Assembly (NCBI GenBank): GCA_937974645.1 | Contig: CALJVH010000008.1 | Location: 1 to 49,944 of the forward strand | Direction of reading: 5' to 3' | Source of the DNA: an uncultured archaeon | GTDB lineage: Archaea; Thermoproteota; Nitrososphaeria_A; Caldarchaeales; Wolframiiraptoraceae | DNA length: 49,944 bases | Shown: in pieces, positions 18,054 through 26,840 of the stretch | Numbering within the stretch: the first letter of the stretch is position 1 | Layout of the letters: each line of letters begins with the position of its first letter | The notes under the pieces: model-generated | Databases searched by the model: none | What the model was told of the DNA's origin: nothing | What the model saw: only the letters and a program-made list of their open reading frames with translations | Made by a program: the position numbers and the translations under genes

Positions 18054-18246
18054 ACTCCACCCCGGATCAATCTCCGTCATAACCCTCTCGAATGATCTTG
18101 GCCGCATGCTCACAGAGGGATGTGAGGAAATCGTCTAGAATGATCTGGTGAAAGTGGAGGTCTAGGGATGCTTGATGGGTCGTGGAGCGCGGCCGGCCTA
18201 AAGAGCAAAGCCCCCAACCACCAGCAAAAACAATGCGATTGGGACG

Positions 18247-18253
18247 TATATAA
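18247..18253 (-). promoter_or_regulatory. TATA-box-like TTATATA upstream of element copy A, conserved in copy B
   Basis: Minus strand CCTCCCTTATATACGTCCC. The homologous CATCCCTTATATGCCAGC lies at 25277-25294 in copy B. Function not tested. Confidence 0.35.
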
Positions 18254-18399
18254 GGGAGGAGGACCCGGGTGAAAGTGTTTGAGGTTCTAACACGCGGCTA
18301 CTAAGTCTAAGCCAAACTCTTTTTAAAACTCTTTTCCCCTTGCAGTATCGTGTTCCCTCGCGATGGTTTATATTACTCTCGGGTCGAGTCGCTGGAGAA

Positions 18400-19974
18400 A
18401 TGGTTTCAAGGAAAATTCCTCGAACGATGTCTACTCAGCATCCTGATAATGTCTCGCTGCCGAGTTGGGTTAGCGGCGAGGTCATCCAAGGGGAGGATGA
18501 GGTTCATGAGGCCTACTTCGCCTATAGCCAGCTCGGATGCATGGAGGTCATGTGGGATGCTGAGGGAAAGGACGTGGACACGAGGGTCATCAGGAAACTG
18601 CTGAGCAAGTATGGCGACTTCTTCAAGGAGCATGTCATAGGCGAAGACATATTTCTGACGTATCGCGTCCCGAACCCGAACATAGAATCCATTGAGCGAA
18701 AGATTCTGCTCGAGTCGCTGGTGAACATTCCGGTGGCCTACGACATCACATCCACCTTTCATGGGAGGGAGGTGGCGCCCTTCTTCGAGGTCATTATTCC
18801 CCTGACGACGTGCGCCGAAGATATAATGAAGCTCAAGGGATTCTATGACAGGGCCATAGCCGGAATCGGGGATGTCAGGATATATGGTGAGATCAAGGTT
18901 TCGGACTGGGTCGGCGAGTTCAAGCCGAGGACCATCGAGGTAATTCCTCTTATCGAGGACATGAGAAGCATGCTTAATGTTGATAGGATCGTGGAACCTT
19001 ACATATCCGCGGTTAATCCGGAGTATCTCCGAGTGTTCCTAGCGCGCTCTGATCCAGCATTAAACTACGGGCTTGTGTGCGCGGTGATCCTATGCAAGCT
19101 TGCGCTTTCGAAGCTGAGGATTATTGGGGAAAAGACGGGGGCCGAGATTTATCCTATAATCGGCGCCGGAACCATGCCATTTAGAGGTCATTTGAGCCCG
19201 GAAAACCTCTCCAGTTTCCTAGAAGAATATAGGGGTGTGTACACGGTTACTATACAATCCGCCATGAAGTACGATTACCCGATCGAAGTGGTGAAGGATG
19301 CCATTCGCACCCTGAATGAGGACCTCCCATGCGGCGAGGCCAAGATAATCGAGCCTTACGATGAGGAGCTGTTAAAGAGCGTTCTAGCTAAGTTCGCTAG
19401 GAGCTATCAGAGGACAGTCGAGACGTTGGCACCCCTTATAAACTGCGTGGCCCGCTATGTCCCGCCGAGGAGGGCTAGAAAACTCCACATAGGTCTCTTT
19501 GGCTATAGCCGCAGCGTGGGGAAGGTATCTCTTCCAAGAGCTATACCTTTCGCCGCCGCGCTTTACACGCTCGGAATACCGCCCGAGTTCATCGGATTCA
19601 AGGCGCTCATAGATCTAAGCGAGGAGGAGTGGGATGTTCTGAAAACGCATTACCGCAACTTAGAACATGACTTAGCGGCTGCGGCCGGATTCCTCTCTTG
19701 GAGGAACCTGAACATGCTGGCCGAAGCACGCCGCCAGTTAGCCGGATTGGCCTGCATGAATGCGGATGAGCTGCGTAATGCCATAAGTGAGATCCTCACG
19801 GATCTGAGCGCTGTGGAGGAGCAACTTGGGCTGAAGGCTGGCCCGAGAACCCTGACTCAGCGGCGTCATGAGAATGCCGTAAACGACTTTCTAGCGGCCC
19901 TTCTCGAGCATGACCATGAGGAGGCCAAAAAGAGACTTATAGATGCGGCCCGGATAAGGCGCTGCTTGGGTTAA
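18400..19974 (+). CDS. ppcA: Archaeal-type phosphoenolpyruvate carboxylase
   Basis: Hallmark N-terminus MVSRKIPRTMSTQHPDN. The track ORF starts at 18340, but the ATG at 18400 gives the conserved start. About 524 aa. Confidence 0.9.
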   Translation: MVSRKIPRTMSTQHPDNVSLPSWVSGEVIQGEDEVHEAYFAYSQLGCMEVMWDAEGKDVDTRVIRKLLSKYGDFFKEHVIGEDIFLTYRVPNPNIESIERKILLESLVNIPVAYDITSTFHGREVAPFFEVIIPLTTCAEDIMKLKGFYDRAIAGIGDVRIYGEIKVSDWVGEFKPRTIEVIPLIEDMRSMLNVDRIVEPYISAVNPEYLRVFLARSDPALNYGLVCAVILCKLALSKLRIIGEKTGAEIYPIIGAGTMPFRGHLSPENLSSFLEEYRGVYTVTIQSAMKYDYPIEVVKDAIRTLNEDLPCGEAKIIEPYDEELLKSVLAKFARSYQRTVETLAPLINCVARYVPPRRARKLHIGLFGYSRSVGKVSLPRAIPFAAALYTLGIPPEFIGFKALIDLSEEEWDVLKTHYRNLEHDLAAAAGFLSWRNLNMLAEARRQLAGLACMNADELRNAISEILTDLSAVEEQLGLKAGPRTLTQRRHENAVNDFLAALLEHDHEEAKKRLIDAARIRRCLG

Positions 19975-20035
19975 CATTTTGGGCCAGACGCGCCGCAGAA
20001 ATATATCTATCGTAGCACGCTAATCTATTTCTCGA

Positions 20036-20488
20036 ATGGCCGAACTGTGGTACTTCTCTTACGGGTGGTCCATGGATAGGACGCTCATGAGGAGGTGCAT
20101 TGGAGATTGGCTCGATGTGAGGCGCGCCATCTTAAAGGGCTTCGAGATAGTCTTTAATGCTTATTCCCCGGCTTGGAGGGGCGGTATCGCGAATCTGAGG
20201 GAGAATGAGGGCGCGAGGATCATCGGTGTCGCCTACAAGATAACCCCCGACCAGCTCGCGAGGCTTGATGCATTCGAGGGTGTTCCCTCAAGGGCGAGCA
20301 GGAGAACGATCTTGATCGAGGTTGAGGGGGTCGGCGAGGTTAAGGCCGTGACGCACATCGCCGCAAACCCAAGAAACGCTCTTGTCCAGCCTTCGAAAGA
20401 GTATCTCTCAGCCATGTATAGAGGGGTAAGGCAGCACAGCATCCCGGATGATATATTAAAGACCCTTCAGAAAGTCGCGGGAAGATAG
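20036..20488 (+). CDS. Gamma-glutamylcyclotransferase / AIG2-like protein
   Basis: YFSYGWSMDRTLM start and the ..GGIANL..GVAYKI..LDAFEGVP pattern. 150 aa. Confidence 0.7.
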   Translation: MAELWYFSYGWSMDRTLMRRCIGDWLDVRRAILKGFEIVFNAYSPAWRGGIANLRENEGARIIGVAYKITPDQLARLDAFEGVPSRASRRTILIEVEGVGEVKAVTHIAANPRNALVQPSKEYLSAMYRGVRQHSIPDDILKTLQKVAGR

Positions 20489-20547
20489 CCTTAAAATGAA
20501 GGATAAAATTGTTGTGAAGATACTCTCATAAGGGCTGGTGACGTGAA

Positions 20548-21210
20548 ATGAGCGATTTCTACGATATATTCGAGGTCTTCCGCATACTGCGGGTTCATGG
20601 ATACCTAGGCGCGCTGCTCATCGCAGTCTTAGGTAGTTTGATCCCGTTCCTGCCAGTCCCGTACCTGATACCGATAGTCATCATGTCTAGGACCTTGAAC
20701 CCTTTCCTCCTCGGGATCGCCGCGGGTGTTGGGGGCGCTCTGGGAAAACTTACATCCTATTTCCTCGGCAGGTTTGGTAGGAGGTTTCTTAGCAAGGAGA
20801 AGAGAAGGAGAACCGCCACCTTAGGAAAGGCTATTGAGAAGTATGGAATGCTGGCCGTGTTCCTGTTCGCGCTCACGCCCCTCCCGGATGACGTTGTATA
20901 TATCCCGGTCGGACTCACAGGATTGAACATAGCCAAATTCATGATAGCAAACATGCTCGGGAAAATAGTCCTTTCATGTATCGTCGCTTACACGGGAAGG
21001 TTCTACTTCGACCTTGCCTACCTCTTCCTGGGAGAAGGTGGGGGCCTAGAAGCAACAATAATAGCCATCGCCGCAATGGCAATAATAACCGTAATAATGT
21101 TGAGAGTAGACTGGGAGGAGGTGCTCAGAACCGGGAGAAAGAACGGGCTACGGTCGGCATTTAAGGCAATGATAGGCTCAATAGGTAGAAAGTGTGAAAG
21201 CCCAGGTTAA
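20548..21210 (+). CDS. DedA/TVP38 (VTT-domain) membrane protein
   Basis: Multi-TM. The motif FALTPLPDDVVYIPVGLTGLNIAKFMIANMLGK resembles the VTT domain. Confidence 0.55.
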   Translation: MSDFYDIFEVFRILRVHGYLGALLIAVLGSLIPFLPVPYLIPIVIMSRTLNPFLLGIAAGVGGALGKLTSYFLGRFGRRFLSKEKRRRTATLGKAIEKYGMLAVFLFALTPLPDDVVYIPVGLTGLNIAKFMIANMLGKIVLSCIVAYTGRFYFDLAYLFLGEGGGLEATIIAIAAMAIITVIMLRVDWEEVLRTGRKNGLRSAFKAMIGSIGRKCESPG

Positions 21211-21257
21211 AGGTGCTGATGAGAAGAAATATATGTCACACACCATCTTAACCGGAC

Positions 21258-21923
21258 ATGGCGAGGACTTATAAGTGGTTAGGTGGAATAGGATACGTCC
21301 TAGGGCTTGTCCCCTATGTTAGCTTCATTTCCTCGATTTTGGTCGCGATAGCCTGGATCCTGATGGGCAAGGATACGCGGGAGAAAATATTCACGATTCT
21401 GGGCGTGTTGACGCTGGTGATGTTCGCCTTCGCGATAGCACTTGTTGCTTTCGCGGCCACATTATTCCTTTCATTCCTGATGGCAGGATATGCGGCGGGT
21501 GCGGCCGTTGGCCAGGTCCTTAGCCGGGTATGGGGCTTGATCGCTGTAGCCCTCGTGTTAGTTGGTCTCGCGATCGCGGTCTTCGTCCTTGATATAGTCG
21601 CCCATTTCAGGGCTGGGAAGATCTTCGATAACAGGTGGTTTAAGGTCGCCGGGTGGATGAGGATAATTCTGATAATAGTAGCGGTCGTGGCAATCCCGCT
21701 CACCATATTCATGATCCTCTCAGCCGGCCCCGGCATGTTCTCGATGATGCCGGCTTTACCGGATTATGGCGCAATCATGTCGCTTCTGCTCACTGTTTTT
21801 TGGCCCCTGATAATAGTGCTGATCGTCAGCCTGCTCGCGACGATCTTCTCGATAATCGCGTTCTTCACGATCCCGGAGGAGGCTCCACCAACGCCGCCCT
21901 CGGTCGGGCCAATGGGACAATAA
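21258..21923 (+). CDS. Polytopic membrane protein, DUF996-like
   Basis: YKWLGGIGYVLGLVPYVSFISSILVAIAWILMG N-terminus, five or six TM helices, proline-rich tail. Confidence 0.45.
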   Translation: MARTYKWLGGIGYVLGLVPYVSFISSILVAIAWILMGKDTREKIFTILGVLTLVMFAFAIALVAFAATLFLSFLMAGYAAGAAVGQVLSRVWGLIAVALVLVGLAIAVFVLDIVAHFRAGKIFDNRWFKVAGWMRIILIIVAVVAIPLTIFMILSAGPGMFSMMPALPDYGAIMSLLLTVFWPLIIVLIVSLLATIFSIIAFFTIPEEAPPTPPSVGPMGQ

Positions 21924-21966
21924 ACTTTAGGCTAAGGTTTAGCTACATCTTCCCGGTGCCGTAGCG

Positions 21967-23238
21967 TTGAATGGCTGGGGTGGGATAACTTCTTCAGAGA
22001 TGGCCGCAATTGACGAGAATGCGGAGTGGCTTGGAGTTCCGAGAGTTTTATTAATGGAGAATGCTGGAGCCTGGATCGCTAGAATCGTCTATCAGTGGCT
22101 TGGAGGAGTAGCAGGCGCTAGAGTTGCGGTCTTCTGCGGAACTGGAAATAATGGCGGCGATGGCCTCGCGGCCGCAAGACATCTCGCGGGGCTGGGAGCC
22201 GAAGTCATAGTAATCCTTGTGGGAGATCATGAGAAGATTAGAAGCAGGGAGGCTAGAATAAACTTCGAGGCGGTTAGAGCTATGCGCGAATCAATAAAAC
22301 TCTTCATTATTAGAACGATCGAGGATCTTGAGAAGATTAGGCGCGAAATTGAGGAATCTGAGGTGATTGTTGATGCCATATTTGGGACCGGGATAAGGGG
22401 GCCGATTGCTGAGCCTTGGAGATCCGCTATCCAGCTCATAAACTCCCTCAAGTCATTGAAGATCGCCGTGGATATACCATCGGGGTTAAACCCTGATACC
22501 GGGGAGGCTGGAGATACTTGTGTGAATGCGGATGTGACTGTGACCTTCCATAGACCAAAGCGGGGCATGCCCGCAGCGGCGGACTATTGTGGCGAGGTTA
22601 TTATCGCTCCCATCGGAATACCACCGGAGGCCGAGATAGTCATGGGGCCTGGAAATCTCAGGCAAGCGCTAAGGGTGATGAAAAGTGATGCAGAGAATGT
22701 TATCTTATTCGAGCCGCTGCCCGATGAAGCCTTAAGTCTGATGAGAGTGCTGAGCATTGAGCCCAAGCTCGCCACATCTTTAGAGAGCGGTATAATCTAT
22801 GCTGGCAGGAGAATCGAGCTTCTCCAAAGTCTTAAGGGCTATTCATGGGCGGTAGGCTTCGGTATCACCTCAGACTCGAGACTCATCTCGATAGTCGGCG
22901 AGGATGAGACATCTGAACTCGGGATAAGAATGGAGGCAAGCCTGCGCGAGAAATATGAGATGTATTCCAGGAAAGCATCGGAGCTTGAGAACATAACATA
23001 TATTATTGGGAGAAATTCAGACCTGCTTATAGGGGGTTCTAGGTGGAGGCTAAGCTGGATTGATAGGCCGCTTAATGAGTGTGGGCTGAATGTCTTGGTT
23101 GCGGCAACCCTAGCGCTTCTAGCAAGAGGGGTTAACGGGTTCGATGCCGCCTCAGCGGCCGGATACTTGGCGGGAGTAGCGACAAGCTCCGGATATAATG
23201 CCGCGCTAAATGAGCTGAGAAGATTCATGAAAGAATAG
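21967..23238 (+). CDS. nnr: NAD(P)H-hydrate epimerase (YjeF N-terminal domain) with a degenerate C-terminal kinase-like domain
   Basis: FCGTGNNGGDGLAAARHLA signature. The C-terminal 190 aa keep only the last helices (..VLVAATLALLARG..AASAAGYLAGVA). ECGLNVL stands where GGxGDxL is expected. Confidence 0.75.
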   Translation: MNGWGGITSSEMAAIDENAEWLGVPRVLLMENAGAWIARIVYQWLGGVAGARVAVFCGTGNNGGDGLAAARHLAGLGAEVIVILVGDHEKIRSREARINFEAVRAMRESIKLFIIRTIEDLEKIRREIEESEVIVDAIFGTGIRGPIAEPWRSAIQLINSLKSLKIAVDIPSGLNPDTGEAGDTCVNADVTVTFHRPKRGMPAAADYCGEVIIAPIGIPPEAEIVMGPGNLRQALRVMKSDAENVILFEPLPDEALSLMRVLSIEPKLATSLESGIIYAGRRIELLQSLKGYSWAVGFGITSDSRLISIVGEDETSELGIRMEASLREKYEMYSRKASELENITYIIGRNSDLLIGGSRWRLSWIDRPLNECGLNVLVAATLALLARGVNGFDAASAAGYLAGVATSSGYNAALNELRRFMKE

Positions 23239-23312
23239 CGGCATTTCGGCTAATAAGTGTAAGAGATTCCCGTATGAGCGTGAGAAAAAGGAGTTTGAGC
23301 TCTTTTAGATGC

Positions 23313-24302
23313 TTACCATCGTGTCCGGACTCGCCGGATTCTCATGATCACAGCGATTATGATGACAAGTATGATCACAGCGATGATTATGAGCGTGAGT
23401 GGTGCTATCTCGAGGCCCGCAGTGGCTGTTGCGGTCGTTTGAGTCGTTGCCGGGGTCGTCGTTGTGCCCGGAGGACTGGTAGGTCGCGTTGAGGTCTCCG
23501 TCTCGGTCTTTGTTGGCGGGCCGCTTACCGTGGACTCAATAGTGATTGTTTTCGTCACGACACTCCCCGGTATCGTGATTGTTCTGGTTATGGTTGTGCC
23601 GGGAGAACTTATCGTCGTGACTATCGTCCGACCCTCCCCCTCATATGTTGTGGTGTAGGTTGTGCCGGGCACAGTCTTCGTCCTCGTAATGGTGATTGGC
23701 TGAGTGATAAAGAGCTCTGAGATCCTTATGGTCGTTCCCCTCGCCGTGTATCCGGGCATCGCGATCGAGATCATTAGGGGCTCGCTTGCCTCAAATCTGT
23801 TTATTATCGTGACCGTTATGGCCTTGCAATGCTCTATTAGCTCACCATAGATGGGTGCCATCATGCTGACAACGGTGCTTATAGGCCCCATGGAAATCGT
23901 AGTTAAAATCTTAACGTAATCCATTCCCGTTGTAGTTACGGTTGTTCCTCCCTCAATCCGCGTGATAGTGGTCTCATAAGTTGCCGCTGGGATAGTGTAT
24001 GCCGTCGTTATTCCTGGAATAGTCATTCCGGGGATGGTAATCTCCGTAACTGGCTCACCTCTAACTACCATCACGCATTCTTTGTTCGGTTTCATCTCGA
24101 CGTAAATGAGCCTATAACCGCCATAGATTATCGTCGCAGCACCAGTAGTCCCCGGCACCTTCACGATCTCCGTTGTCGTTGAAATGGGATACGTTATGAC
24201 CGTCGTCGTTGTCGTGGTAACAACTTGCTGAGCCAAGCCGATCGATAGAACACCCAACACTAGGATTATGATAGCAATATGAAATAAGAGCTTATTATGC
24301 AC
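23313..24302 (-). CDS. Threonine-rich cell-surface protein with signal peptide and C-terminal TM anchor
   Basis: N-terminal hydrophobic signal (..VLGVLSIGLAQQ). Long T/I/V-rich body with TTxTR-type repeats. T/P linker (TSPPGTTTTPATTQTTATATA), then a TM helix and an RRVRTRW tail. Confidence 0.7.
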   Translation of the reverse strand: MHNKLLFHIAIIILVLGVLSIGLAQQVVTTTTTTVITYPISTTTEIVKVPGTTGAATIIYGGYRLIYVEMKPNKECVMVVRGEPVTEITIPGMTIPGITTAYTIPAATYETTITRIEGGTTVTTTGMDYVKILTTISMGPISTVVSMMAPIYGELIEHCKAITVTIINRFEASEPLMISIAMPGYTARGTTIRISELFITQPITITRTKTVPGTTYTTTYEGEGRTIVTTISSPGTTITRTITIPGSVVTKTITIESTVSGPPTKTETETSTRPTSPPGTTTTPATTQTTATATAGLEIAPLTLIIIAVIILVIIIAVIMRIRRVRTRW

Positions 24303-24469
24303 ATTCCACCCTCCTTTAACCTGAGCATGGGGAAAATAACTATGTTTTAAGGTTTTTCACACGGCTTTCCTCGCTGGCCAAAGAGCTTAACGACGCCGTT
24401 ATGTGATTCCTAGTCGGTTCAGCTATAGGGTGAACAACTTATCTCGGGGCAGGAATTAATAATGTTGGG

Positions 24470-25171
24470 TTGACATCCGAGGTGAATAGACTTAGGACTG
24501 GCGTGAACGGAATTGATGACCTCATCGAGGGCGGGATACCTGAAGGCTTTCTAGTTGCCGTCACGGGCGAGCCCGGATGCGGCAAGACTATTTTCTCGAT
24601 ACACTTCATCAATCAGGGGATACCGGATAGGGACAAGTGCATTTACATCACGACGGAGGAGAGTAGGGAGTCGATTATAAAACAGGCCCTGCAGCTCCAG
24701 ATGGACTTTGAGAGGGCGATGAGCAATGGGAAGCTGATAATAATCGATGCGCTGATGGGGAGGGAGGATAGGTGGAGCCTCAAGTCGCTGGATATGGAGG
24801 CGCTCGTCGAGAAGATAATTGAAGCGAAAAAGGAGCTGGGATATAGTGGGCAAGAATTGCGATATATTCACTCTCGGCCTTCTGGCTGGACAGACCTGCG
24901 ATGGCAAGAAGATACAGCTACTATCTCAAGAAAGTCTTATCAAAATGGAACTTCACAACGCTTGCCGTTAGCCAGTACTCGATAACGACCGCCGAGAGTT
25001 TTGGCTGGGGAGTTGAAGTGTGGATCTTTAAGCGAATTTTCAACACGTCAAAGAGTTATTAAGGGGAAGACTTTCATCTCCCCCCATCGAGTATGAAGCA
25101 ACAGCGTCCCCACCGACAAAATCTTGGGCATAGAGGCGTCCCTTAACGAGGGGGCGGAGCGATGTACGTAA
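24470..25171 (+). pseudogene. KaiC/RadA-superfamily ATPase, frameshifted
   Basis: Walker A GEPGCGKT. After ..KKELGYSG the true continuation ARIAIYSLSAFWLDRPAMARRYSYYLKKVLSKWNFTTLAVSQYSITTAESFGWGVE is in the +1 frame, with the shift at the GGG run 24848-24850. Beyond GVE, only weak C-terminal matches lie in two further frames. Confidence 0.7.
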
Positions 25172-25249
25172 AATTCAAGCTCCACACATGGACATGGGCC
25201 ATAAAGTGATGGAGAGCTGTTAAAACGCTCCACACCCCTCCACCCCCAG

Positions 25250-25880
25250 CAACACCTCTACTTTCACCCAACCCCTCATCCCTTATATGCCAGCTAGCTG
25301 GATCGTTTTTAACGGTGGATGCGGCTTGCACCCCACCAGGCTCCGTGCCATATCCCTTCAAGCACCCCCAGACCCCCACCAGGCATTTCCATACATACCT
25401 CCATGAGCATAAGGCGAGGGTGCATAGATACGAGTATTTTGTTGCATGAATACGTGGTAGTTGGCAGGAAGGGGACGTGGAAGATCAAAGGGTCGAGCAA
25501 TAGGCCCTCCATCGAGGAGGTGATGTGGATGTGAAATCTGGGAGGATGCCGCCAGAGATAAGGGAGATGAGGAAGGGCCCTTCTTCGACAAGAAGAAGGG
25601 GAAGATATACGTGACGAAGAGGGACGTCTATTATCTTCATATTAAGGTGATGCATCTGCCAAAGTTTTACGAGCTTGTGGGATTCACCATTCAGCGGAAA
25701 AGACAACGACTCGAGAGGTACCTTGAAAGACATGGACTGCTGAGAATACTGAAATGCCGCCTGACCAACCCCTCCCCCATTTTTCTATCCTTCTTGTTTG
25801 TTGGTTTGTTTCACATTAATTTTATAAGTCTTCTACCGAGGTCGATATAAGGCCCGGGGTTGGCCTCGTGGTTTTGGGGA
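25250..25880 (+). mobile_element. HTH + LAGLIDADG element, copy B: internally deleted, non-coding derivative (ends approximate)
   Basis: It retains the TATA-like region, the leader, the ORF start (..SGRMPPEIREM..) and the C-terminal part (EEGPFFDKKKGKIYVTKRDVYYLHIKVMHLPKFYELVGFTIQRKRQRLERYLERH), now in a different frame. About 0.63 kb of copy A is missing in between. Confidence 0.55.
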
Positions 25881-25972
25881 AAGTTGAGAGGAGGGTTGAG
25901 GATTACAAGCTCCCGCCGGGGGTCGTGAGGAGGATAATGAAGGCGAGGAGGAAGTCGGAGGGGATCCTATGA
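25868..25972 (+). CDS. Possible 34-aa basic peptide upstream of the primase-like gene
   Basis: GTG..TGA. VVLGKVERRVEDYKLPPGVVRRIMKARRKSEGIL. Its stop overlaps the next ATG (ATGA), suggesting former translational coupling. No family recognised. Confidence 0.2.
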   Translation: MVLGKVERRVEDYKLPPGVVRRIMKARRKSEGIL

Positions 25973-26840
25973 GCTGGCAACGTGTCAGAGAATATTACAT
26001 GAGGTCTGAGGTGAAGGGGGAGATCGCGGAGTACTGTGTGGGGAGATGGGTTGCTGTTCACTGCGAGGAGCGACCTGATGGTACTAGGCCAATGATCAGG
26101 CGTTGGAGCCGAAGAAGGCCATTGACGATAGGGAGCGAAGAGGATGTGGTCGAAGTTCTAGATAGGTTTTCCTCTTTGGGGCCTAGGGCTTTCTATGCTA
26201 CGGCGCACATTTACAGGAAGTTAAAATCGAATGACGATCTGGCCGATCGCGGGAACATTGTGTGCTCTGCGCCTACGTGGGATATAGACTCCAAGAATTG
26301 TGATTAGAGGAAGGTTGTTAAGAAGGCTATTGAAATCATGGATGCTTTGGAGAAGCATGGCGTCATGAAATCGGTCTTCTTCAAGTGAAGTGGGAGAGGC
26401 GCTCACATTCACATTCATCTAAGAGCCTTTAGCTCGGAGCTCTTGCGCAAGATTGATCCGCTCGACGTAGCTTATTCAGCAACCTAATATATCGCGTGCA
26501 GAATAAAGCCTGAGGGAGGAGTGGCGGTCGAGAACAAGATTGATATACAGAGAGTTTTCACCGCACCACTCAGCCTGCATAGGTCTGTTGATAGAGTAGC
26601 GGTCTGCATCCCCCTGACGAATTGGAGAGCTTTCACATAGATTAGACCACCCCCAGCGAGTACAAGCATTTTCCATATGCTTGGCGTAAGTATGAGGAGG
26701 GGGAGGGAGATAATATCGCTGAAAGAGCCTATGCCACGATCGGCCCATATATTTCCGGGCGCGTTAGGAGAAAGCGTAAGCACAAGCCATTAGATCAGGA
26801 GATCTTGGAAACATTCAGGAGGCTTGGGTCATGGCATTAG
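25969..26840 (+). pseudogene. Archaeo-eukaryotic primase (PriS/PrimPol-like) pseudogene
   Basis: AEP motifs lie in one frame: motif I APTWDIDS, motif II FFK*SGRGAHIHIHL, motif III ENKIDIQRVFTAPLSLH. In-frame stops are TAG 26305-26307, TGA 26386-26388 and TAA 26485-26487. A frameshift near 26612-26620 is followed by TAG 26643-26645 in the new frame. Confidence 0.75.

Larger units (their letters stand above)
16930..18285 (-). mobile_element. HTH + LAGLIDADG endonuclease-like element, copy A (ends approximate)
   Basis: Nucleotide homology to 25250-25880 on the opposite strand, aligned by eye. Shared parts are the promoter-like region (ACTTTCACCC..CCCTTATATA), the leader, the start of the ORF (..CCGCCAGAGAT..), the C-terminal part (GGGGAAGATATAC..) and the 3' tail (..CCCTCCCC..TTCAC.TTAAT..). 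Confidence 0.55.

Noticed and set aside
17702-18070. A 122-aa ORF spanning the GC-rich palindrome and overlapping the start of the LAGLIDADG gene.
   Set aside because: Its Gly/Ala/Arg/Pro-rich translation is a by-product of GC-rich palindromic DNA. It overlaps a better-supported gene in another frame.
24985-25750. The idea that the LAGLIDADG remnant is an intein or intron interrupting the KaiC-like gene.
   Set aside because: The remaining KaiC C-terminal similarity lies immediately after the break, in shifted frames and before the element. The endonuclease remnant is not in frame with KaiC. No intein splice-junction blocks are visible. Copy A sits in an intergenic region with its own promoter-like sequence.
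25969-26840. Stop-codon reassignment or readthrough as an explanation for the in-frame stops in the primase-like gene.
   Set aside because: All three stop codons occur in frame, and a frameshift is also present. TAA, TAG and TGA all terminate well-conserved neighbouring genes at the expected lengths.
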